Of a DNA stretch of 64,000 nucleotides, positions 55,229-64,000 are shown piece after piece. The stretch spans positions 4,526,001 through 4,590,000 of the forward strand of contig NC_043017.1 of the NCBI RefSeq assembly GCF_006345805.1. The letters are read 5' to 3'. The translations under genes and the position numbers were made by a program. The DNA is from Octopus sinensis. Taxonomy: Eukaryota. The notes under the pieces are model-generated. The model saw only the letters and a program-made list of their open reading frames with translations, was not told where the DNA came from and searched no databases. Positions within the stretch are counted from its first letter, which is position 1; each line of letters starts with the position of its first letter.

Positions 55229-55785
55229 TTTAAGCACAAGGCCAGCAATTTTGAGGGGAAGGGGAAGATGATTGCATTAACTCCATTGCTCAACTGGTAT
55301 TTATTTTATTGACCCCAAAAGGAAGAAAGCCAAAGTTGAACTTGGTGGTATTTGAACACAAAATATATTGGTTTCAAATTTTGGCACATGGTCAGCAATT
55401 TTGCGAGGGCAAAGGGTTTAAGTCAATTATAATGACCACAGTGCTCAACAGATACCAGTTTTATAACCTCAAAAGATGAAAGGCAGAGTCGACCTGGACG
55501 GAATTTGAACTCATAGCAAAGTATTGGAAGAAGTCCCACTCACGAATAATTCTGCTGTATTTAGTATAAAATAATATTGATTTCAAATTCTGGCACTTGT
55601 CCAGCAATTATAGGGAAGGGGCAAGATGATTACATTGACCCTGGTGTTTGAATGGTATTTATTTTTATTGACTATAAAAGAATAAAAAGCAGAGTTGACC
55701 CTGGCAGCATTTGAACTCAGGACATGCTCAGCAGCATTTCGTCTGGCATGCTAACAATTCTGCCAGCTTGCTGCCTTATTTAGTA
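55229..55785 (-). mobile_element. Three tandem degenerate SINE copies
   Basis: Units gcac..ggccagcaatttt..gattacattgacc..aaaggcagagtcgacc..gaatttgaactc at about 55230, 55380 and 55590. Confidence 0.65.
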
Positions 55786-57047
55786 TAGAATATCAACATT
55801 TTAACATCTACCTTTTCTTGCTTGCATGGGTTGGACAGAATTTATTGAGGCAGATTTTCTATGGGTGGATAACCCTCTTGTTGCCAACCTTCACCTGTTT
55901 CTAAGCAAGGTAATATTTCCCCATGGCCAGACATGCTTTTCACAGAATATTGGAAATGAGTTTGTTTGTTTGTATGACAGTGACACTCTACAACCATTAT
56001 GCAAGACAGAGAGACACAACTACATGCATACTCACACATACAATGAGCTTCTTTCTTTCTTTCTATCTATCAAATCCACCCACAAGGCTCTGATCAACTT
56101 GTAACAGAAGGCACTTACCCAAGGTGCCATGCAGTGGGACTGAACCCAAAACCATGTGGTTGGGAAGTAAAATTCTTAACCACATAGCCATGCAAGCACC
56201 TAATTTTATAGCTTCAAAGTAAAAATAGTTCAACTGAATTTAGAGGAAAGTGTAACTTTTATCATACGACAATGATACAGTTTGTAAATTCTACGGTTTA
56301 TCATTGTGACAGTGCAATTTTTAGTTACATCAAAAATGATAAAAGAATAGCTTTAGAATAAATCAGCTTTATTTATATTTTAGGTTATTAAAAATATTTG
56401 CAATGCCTAAGGAGTCAGAATTCAAGATTCTGAGCAAGACAAAACATTGACAAAGGATGATGTTATATCTTGGAGGAGAACCGTGTCCCACTCATGACAG
56501 CAAGTGGAATTAACATGTAAACACCGAAGACAGTTCACAAATATCACCATTTTTCAAATTACATTAAGTTGAAGTTTACAGTTACACTTGCAAATTAGCA
56601 TTCAGCTTAACCGTTAAGTTTTTTATTTTTATTTTTAGGAAGCATGTTATAAAGAAAAGAAAAATTACACAAGTTTATGTACGAATCCCTTGACAGGATA
56701 CATATGTAATCTAGACTATCCATCAGATATCTCGTACATCATCTAATGGTAAGATGAAATGGTTTCTTTTGTGGTTTGTGTATTCTTCGGTGATGTTGTC
56801 CTCAATTCAGGAGTATACATTTCTTAGTCATTTATTCTCAATGTCACATAAAATAACAGAGTCTTTTCTTCCTGTTAAAAAACAATGCTTTTATTAACAA
56901 TATCACAGTTGTAAGTTATCTCCCAAACGTAGACATAGTTGCGATTAAATAAAATACAAGTTGGGAGGAGGTTACCACACTTATGTCCAGTGTGAATATA
57001 TCTATGGGTATGTATTTTTCTCATTGAAGGGATTTTGAGAGACTCAA

Positions 57048-57818
57048 TTACTCTTCTATATGAATACGTACGTGTGCACTTAGCTGGCATTTCTGGGAAA
57101 ATGATTTATCACAGATATCACACTGAAATGGTTTCTCTTGCATATGAATGCACATATGTTTATTGAAATGATATTTCTGAGAGAATGATTTACCACAGAT
57201 ATCACAGTGATATGGTTTCTCTCCTGTATGAACGGGTCTGTGAGAAGCTATGTGACTTTTTAGAGAGAACGGTTTACCACAGATATCACAATGATATGGC
57301 TTTTCACCTGTATGAATGCGTATGTGAGCAGTTAAGGTATATATGCGAGAGAATGATTTACCACAGATGTGACACTGATATGGTCTCTCTCCTGTATGAA
57401 TGCGTTTGTGCTTAGTCAAGTGAGAATTTTGAGAGAATGATTTACCACAAATATCACAGTGATATGGTTTTTCTCCAGTATGAGTTCGTTTGTGAGTAGT
57501 CAACGTGCTTCCATGGGAAAATGATTTACCACAAATGTCACAGCGATGTCGTTCCTCTCCTGTATGAAGGCGGATATGTATGCTTAAATCATCATTTCGC
57601 GAGAATGATTTACCGCACATATCACACTGGTATGGCTTTTCTCCTGTATGGATACGTATATGAGCTGTAAGGTTACTTTTTTGAGCAAATGACTTTTTAC
57701 AGATATCACAGTAATATGATGTTTTTCTTATCTCTTTAAGCATCTTTTCAGGAAAATCAATACTTTCAGGCTCTGTTTTACACTTAACCAGGTCCCCACA
57801 TAATTCGTTTTCCATCAT
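57048..57818 (-). CDS. C2H2 zinc-finger protein, 256 aa, 8 fingers
   Basis: First ATG at 57818 (track start is GTG). Leader [25 protein letters not shown]; ends HIEE*. Acceptor (minus strand tgcag|aatatcagatga) at 58161. Confidence 0.92.
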   Translation of the reverse strand: MMENELCGDLVKCKTEPESIDFPEKMLKEIRKTSYYCDICKKSFAQKSNLTAHIRIHTGEKPYQCDMCGKSFSRNDDLSIHIRLHTGEERHRCDICGKSFSHGSTLTTHKRTHTGEKPYHCDICGKSFSQNSHLTKHKRIHTGERPYQCHICGKSFSRIYTLTAHIRIHTGEKPYHCDICGKPFSLKSHIASHRPVHTGEKPYHCDICGKSFSQKYHFNKHMCIHMQEKPFQCDICDKSFSQKCQLSAHVRIHIEE

Positions 57819-58302
57819 TGTTCTTTTTTTCACCACAAAAAGAGAAAAAAAAAATAATGTATAAATTTACTTTTGTTTAAGTATTTTATCCTTTTCGAAT
57901 TTTCTATATTTTCATCATCTCTGTGATTTTGTTGATATCTGAAGTCACCGCAAATCCTTTTGTAAAATTTGTCCAAGTTTAATCAAAATGCGAAATCATC
58001 AATTTCATGTCCCAGACAACACAAGAGATTTTCAGAGGAAACATTTCATAGTAATTACACAAACAGTGTTATATCTCTTCTGAATAACATCTTCCTTTAG
58101 TTCTTAAATGATGATAAATAGTGATGTATCCGAAGTTTTAAGCTTGTATCATCTGATATTCTGCAATAAAGAAACAGAATAAGATATAGAGGTTAGTAAA
58201 AAAAAAATAAGTGATTTAACAGTGAAAATTTTACTACATTTCTATATTGAAAAATTAGACATTGGCTGAACAAATGAATTCACTTTATAATTTGTTATGA
58301 CA

Positions 58303-58697
58303 GGCGCAGGAGTGGCTGTGTGGTAAGTAGCTTGCTTACCAACCACATGGACGTGGGTTCAGTCCCACTGTGTGGCATCTTGGGCAAGTGTCTTCTACTA
58401 TAGCCTCGGGCCGATCAAAGCCTTGTGAGTGGATTTGGTAGACGGAAACTGAAAGAAGCCCGTCGTATATGTATATATATGTGTGTATGTATCATTATGT
58501 GTCTGTGTTTGTCCCCCCCCCAACATCGCTTGACAACCAATGCTGGTGTGTTTACGTCCCAGTAACTTAGCGGTTCGGCAAAGGAGACCGATAGAATAAT
58601 TACTAGGCTTACAAAGAATAAGTCCCGGGGTCGATTTGCTCGACTAAAGGCGGTGCTCCAGCATGGCCACAGTCAAATGACCGAAACAAGTAAAAGT
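58303..58697 (+). mobile_element. Full-length CORE-type SINE in the ZNF intron (antisense to the gene)
   Basis: ggcgcaggagtggctgtgtggtaag...gaaacaagtaaaag. Confidence 0.88.
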
Positions 58698-60380
58698 GTG
58701 TAAGTGTAATCTGTTTTACAATTTCAGGTTAATTTCAAATTTAATTACGCCACTTTCTCATTAGGTACAAAAGACAAAAAAATGAACTGCATGCATCCGC
58801 AGAAATTTAAAATTAATTGGGTTGCTCGATCCCACAAGCTTAGGTATATAAACTTCATTAGATAGCTTTTCTCTCGTCTTACTCAAAAAAAATGTCATAC
58901 TTTATGCCAATGAGATCTTATTACTAAGAGAAAGATACATCTGAATTAAAACAACATAACTGGGACACAGAAAAAGAATTGAAGCGTGGACATTATGAGA
59001 CATTCAGCAAATAGAAAGAAAGAAAAAACCACTGCTGGATGAATACAAATGGCTTAGCAGTAATTATGTAAAACCACAGTTTTAATACGATAAATTTTCT
59101 AAAGATTCACAATTACTTACAGTATGTGTATAATTAGCAGCAGAAGTACTTAACCTTGCTCTTATGGTAAATATAAGGAAAAATCACAGCCTATAGCATT
59201 TCTTCGTAAGAAGTACCACTGTGCAAAATTTCAACTACCTTTGTAGTAATCGATGACCTACAACTAAGAATGTGCATACATTAACATTTATATATCTAGA
59301 TATTTATTATTTCATACAAAATGTATATAATGTATTAAAGAGAAAAAAAAAAACGAGAAACTACTGATAATTTCAAAGCCTAACTTGGAAGGATGGAAAG
59401 AAATGCAGACCCTGTTATTAATTATTATGGAGTAAATGAAATTTATGAAAGAAAATGTAATAAATGTCATTTAGTAGATTTAGTGTTGAATGCAGCTTGG
59501 AATATGTATTGAATGGCCTGTGAAGAGAAGATACGGATCAACACTCAAGAAAATTAATGAAACCGGGATGTAGGATGAAGAGCTTACGTCTTTTTTTTTT
59601 AATTAAAAAATATCAATAATTTCGATGCTGAAGAAGATGAGTTTAAATTTGATATCACTCGAGGGTTCTAGACTTCACATTTGGCATTATGCTAAAAAGA
59701 TAAGTCAAAAACGTACATGGTATATATACCAAAGCAAATTCTTCAATGGATATATTCATAAATTTATGTGAAGAGATCACATTTCTGCTACAAGAGAAAA
59801 CTGATTAATCATCGAATTCTATAAACGAAAAAAGAATTATTGCTGCAGCCTATGAAATTTTATCATCTTTCCTTAATAAATATAAAAATTTCAGAAGGGA
59901 GTATTTATTATTATTATTATTTAAAAATCGACTAAAATAGGATCTCCCCTGCTTACTTTGGTAATTCTACGATCCAGGCTTGTTTTAGTTCCTTTTTTTT
60001 CCTCCTTCCTAATGAACGATGTAGAATTTCCTTGTCAGGTAACAATCAATGACAAACCATGGCTACTACACTAACCGCATAATTAATATATATATAAGTA
60101 ATCGATGTACCTGTGATCTTTCGTTATTTTCCCCTCTATACCTGCGTGAATTATTTTTGAGTATACTTTGTCTGAGAGACTTTTCTTATAGTAAAGGAAA
60201 TAGCTAAAAATTTTTTGGCTGCTATTTCTAAAAGTTCGGTGCGTGGTAAAGTAAATTATTTTACTGAACCCTAATTATGTAACGTAATGTTTTAAATATA
60301 CCGTAAATGGTCTTTTTACATACTGAACACTACTTGGTAAAATTAATTAATAATTAATTAATTTTACCCTTTTATTAATG

Positions 60381-60420
<40 letters not shown>

Positions 60421-60461
60421 TAGAAGTATTGGGGGTGATGTACAGATTTAATACATTTGAA

Positions 60462-60566
60462 AGAAAAAAGGTGTTGTTCTGAATGCTGGATGGTTGTAAA
60501 AAAATATATTTATATGTAAATAAATATTTATTTTTACAACCATCCAGCATTCTGAACACCTTTTTC
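60462..60566. repeat. Hairpin with perfect 22-bp core arms
   Basis: gaatgctggatggttgtaaaaa (60481-60502) and tttttacaaccatccagcattc (60531-60552), extending imperfectly outwards. Confidence 0.8.
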
Positions 60567-61348
60567 TTTTATATATATATACACACACATATATTCGTAT
60601 GTGTGTGTGTGTGTACACATAAGATAAAGATGGTTAATTCTTCAAAATGGTTAATTCCTGCTTATTGTAATTTTTGGTAATTTAGCCCCAGGCTGGACCT
60701 AAGAACACAGACAGATGATCAAAAAAAAAAAACAGGTCGTTACCAGAGTGTAACGAATTTCATGACAGATCAAAGAAAAAAACAGTATTATAAACAGAAA
60801 AACGAACAAAAGACGATTTAATGACAAACCCAAAGACAAAAAAAAAGGACGTACCTCATAAAATCGTCTTTCATTGATTAAATAATGTTTACAAATAGCA
60901 ATCAAATATCAGTTTATAGAGGTGAAGTGAGATACTGTGCGTAGAAGAATTACTACTGCGTATATACATTATAATAAAATAGAGAAATATGACTACTTAT
61001 TTATTAATTTATAGGTTAGTGTGAGACGGGTCTATTCATTCGAACGGATGTGACACCATCGCCGTTTTGCTCTCACACGTTCTTCCTCGGGACAAGATCC
61101 GGTTGAACATGCGCAAAATGTCAGGAGTGGAGCGATGCCAGGTGAAATAGACACAAATACAAGCACACACTTACATGTCTTTGAGTGTGTGTGTGTGTGT
61201 GTGTGATGAGGGCGGCGACTATTGAAAAGGTTGCAGGACGCAACGAAAGTTTGGGGAAAAAAAAAAAGTAAATGAATTGAAATCGAACCGGCGCGTGTGT
61301 TAAATAATAAGGGGAAAGATTTCCTCCCGTTCCCCCCCAATTTTTATT

Positions 61349-61731
61349 TACTCTTTTACTCTTTTACTTGTTTCAGTCATTTGACTGCGGCCATGCTGGA
61401 GCACCGCCTTTAGTCGAGCAAATCGACCCCCGGGACTTATTCTTTGTAAGCCCAGTACTTATTCTATCGGTCTGTTTTGCCGAACCGCTAAGTGACGGGG
61501 ACATAAACACACCAGCATCGGTATGCAAGCAATGCTAGGGACACAAACACAGACACACAAACACATACATATATACGACAGGCTTCTTTCAGTTTCCGTC
61601 TACCAAATCCACTCACAAGGCATTGGTCGGCCCGGGGCTATAGCAGAAGACACTTGCCCAAGATGCCACGCAGTGGGACCGAACCCGGAACCATGTGGTT
61701 GGTTAGCAAGCTACTTACCACACAGCCACTC
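61349..61731 (-). mobile_element. Full-length CORE-type SINE
   Basis: Family match; very similar to the copy at 62321. Confidence 0.88.
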
Positions 61732-62320
61732 ATTTATTTATTTTTACCAAAACCCTCGTTGGATCATTTCCGGATAGCATTCTATAATGTTTTTACCCGA
61801 ATCTCACTTAACTATAGATAGGTAGATAGATAGATATGCCTGGTGCAGTTCTCCGGTTTTCCAGTTCCTGTCTAACTGTCCAACCCATGTCACCGTTAAA
61901 TGATAATGATGGCGATATACAAAAATCGGCATTCTGAAATTTCGCTCCCCGCTTCCCCCAATTTCTTCATCTTTCACTTTTTTTCCTAACCCTAGCCCTA
62001 CCGTAACTACAAAAATGTTGTGGAAAAAAGACGCAAGAATAGATTGGGTGAAGCCGAAGGCAAATCCATAGCAACAGTGTTCGTATCCGTGGCAACAACA
62101 CAACAGAAACTGAAAAGAAGATCATTGTATACCTATAACAGGAATTCCTTGATTAGCACGGTTAATCAATTCTTGCGAAACACCACTTACACCAAAACCA
62201 TACTAACCAAGACTAAGAACCAGTGTAATAATTATTATGAACCCCGGAAAATACCAAAATTATTATAATTTTGTTTCACTTAAGGCCCATCTATAATGCA
62301 TTGTATATACTTTAAATCAT

Positions 62321-62705
62321 TACTCTTTTTTTTACTCTTTTACTTGTTTCAGTCATTTGACTGCGGCCATGCTGGAGCACCGCCTTTAGTCGAGCAACTC
62401 GACCCGGGGACTTATTCTTTGTAAGCCCAGTACTTATTCTATCGGTCTGTTTTGCCGAACCGCTAAGTGACGGGGACATAAACACACCAGCATCGGTTGT
62501 CAAGCAATGCTAGGGGGACAAACACACACATATACATATATACGACGGGCTTCTTTCAGTTTCCGTCTACCAAATCCACTCACAAGGCTTTGGTCGGCCC
62601 GAGGCTATAGTAGAAGACACTTGCCCAAGGTGTCACGCAGTGGGACTGAACCCAGAACCATGTGGTTGGTAAGGAAGCTACTTACCACACAGCCACTCCT
62701 GCACC
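62321..62705 (-). mobile_element. Full-length CORE-type SINE
   Basis: Family match; (tactcttt)n tail. Confidence 0.88.
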
Positions 62706-64000
62706 TATGATTGAGGAATATATTAAAAAATATAGTAAGATGTAAATTTTATTTTTTACTAAAAACCTTTATCTAATTTCAATTAAACAGTCGTAGCTTT
62801 TTCCCCTTTTCTCCGTGATTTTGCTATAACAATCAGTTTGCTTATCTAGCCCTCGACGAACATTCATGTATCTCTTTTCATTTGAATCAATCTCTTGAAC
62901 GAGTTCTTTTGCTTTTTCAATTGTAACAATTCTTCAAGTTTTTTGACGGAAATATCTTCGGGTATGGTTTCCCTTTTTTCTGCTTCCTTTTCCATCTTCT
63001 CCTTCGTATGTCTTTCGACGCCTGCTAATCACGGGGTACCTGTATATCTTTTGGAAATGTGTGCATGCACGTTTCTCGTGTCTTACTTATTACTTCAAAA
63101 CTGCATCGTTGGGGGAAAACTATTTTCATTTTGCAGACTCCCCATATCACAAAGCATTTAATACACTTTTCACAGAAAACAGGGGAGGGCAGAAAACCCT
63201 CGGAAATTCCTCACCCACCCACACACGTGCCTCAGCGTGTGTGGTGGACTGCGTGCTCTAGTTTCCTAGTCACCCTTCGCCACTGATATACATATGTATA
63301 TCGTCGTTATTATCATTTAACGGTGGCATGGGCTGGACAGTTAGACAGGAGCTGACAAACCAGAGAACTGCACCAGGCACCTCTATCTACCTACCTACCT
63401 ATCTATCTATAGTTAAGTAAGATTCGGGTAAAAACCTTATAGAATGCTATGCAAAGCTCGTCCACAGTTATTGGCTACCTGATGTCATCATACACTGGAA
63501 ATGCTCCTGCTACTGGATATATACTGGGAATTCCATAGTATCCGTATAGTTTATATAGATAGATAAATTACAGAAATGGAATTAACAACATTATTGGATC
63601 TTCTCTGTTTGGCTACAATTTTTCAATTTCCGTTGCAATTGATTTCGTATTAGGTGTAATGATGTAGTTTTGTTTGCTAATCATTGATATGAAATCAATA
63701 AATAAAGAGTTAATAACTTTTAAAGTTTGTGTAATTTTAGCCAAATGAAAGCCTCAGATACATGCCTGTTTCCATAGTAACAAGCCTAGCTTTCCCCAAG
63801 CTATTTATTCATGCTTATTAAATGGTGATTGTGAGATCTGCTTGGCCTTAAATCATGCACCAAAAATTCTTTCCTTTAGGTTTTTGCATAATTGTATGAT
63901 TTCCCGTGTGTATAATACAAATCCACGAATATTTTGTATTTTGTAGAAGCATAACCAATTGATTGCATATAATTTTATATAACAAAATTTTATACGAACC

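Noticed and set aside
58303-58380. tRNA genes at SINE heads (also 2844, 19716, 53739)
   Set aside because: They have A/B-box-like motifs but no complete cloverleaf, and continue into SINE bodies with TSDs.
61030-61320. CpG-richer patch that might be a promoter or first exon
   Set aside because: No shared motif with the other upstream regions and no assignable gene within the window.

Overview
AT-rich eukaryotic DNA, most likely from an octopus or other coleoid cephalopod. This is inferred from the repeat families and the zinc-finger style, not from a search. The window is part of a tandem cluster of KRAB-less C2H2 zinc-finger (ZNF) genes whose coding sequence lies in one exon. There are five open genes: 13528-14475 (+, 10 fingers), 22731-24086 (+, 15), 29900-31012 (+, 13), 43739-44749 (+, 11) and 57048-57818 (-, 8). 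There is also one gene with a single frameshift (5961-7075, +, 12 fingers), the 3' end of another at the window start, and two pseudogenes (8457-9011 + and 36643-37182 -). The genes share a splice acceptor, a vestigial coding 5' region, a short N-terminal leader motif and diagnostic stop-codon scars. Two of them share a nearly identical five-finger cassette. The spacers are packed with transposable elements: three tRNA-type SINE families, RTE-like LINE fragments, mariner, piggyBac-type, Merlin/MULE-type and Helitron-like elements. Two near-complete DNA transposases (Merlin/IS1595-like and Tigger/pogo-like) have lost catalytic aspartates. I found no rRNA, true tRNA or CRISPR array. All coordinates and counts were read by eye and may be off by a few bases.
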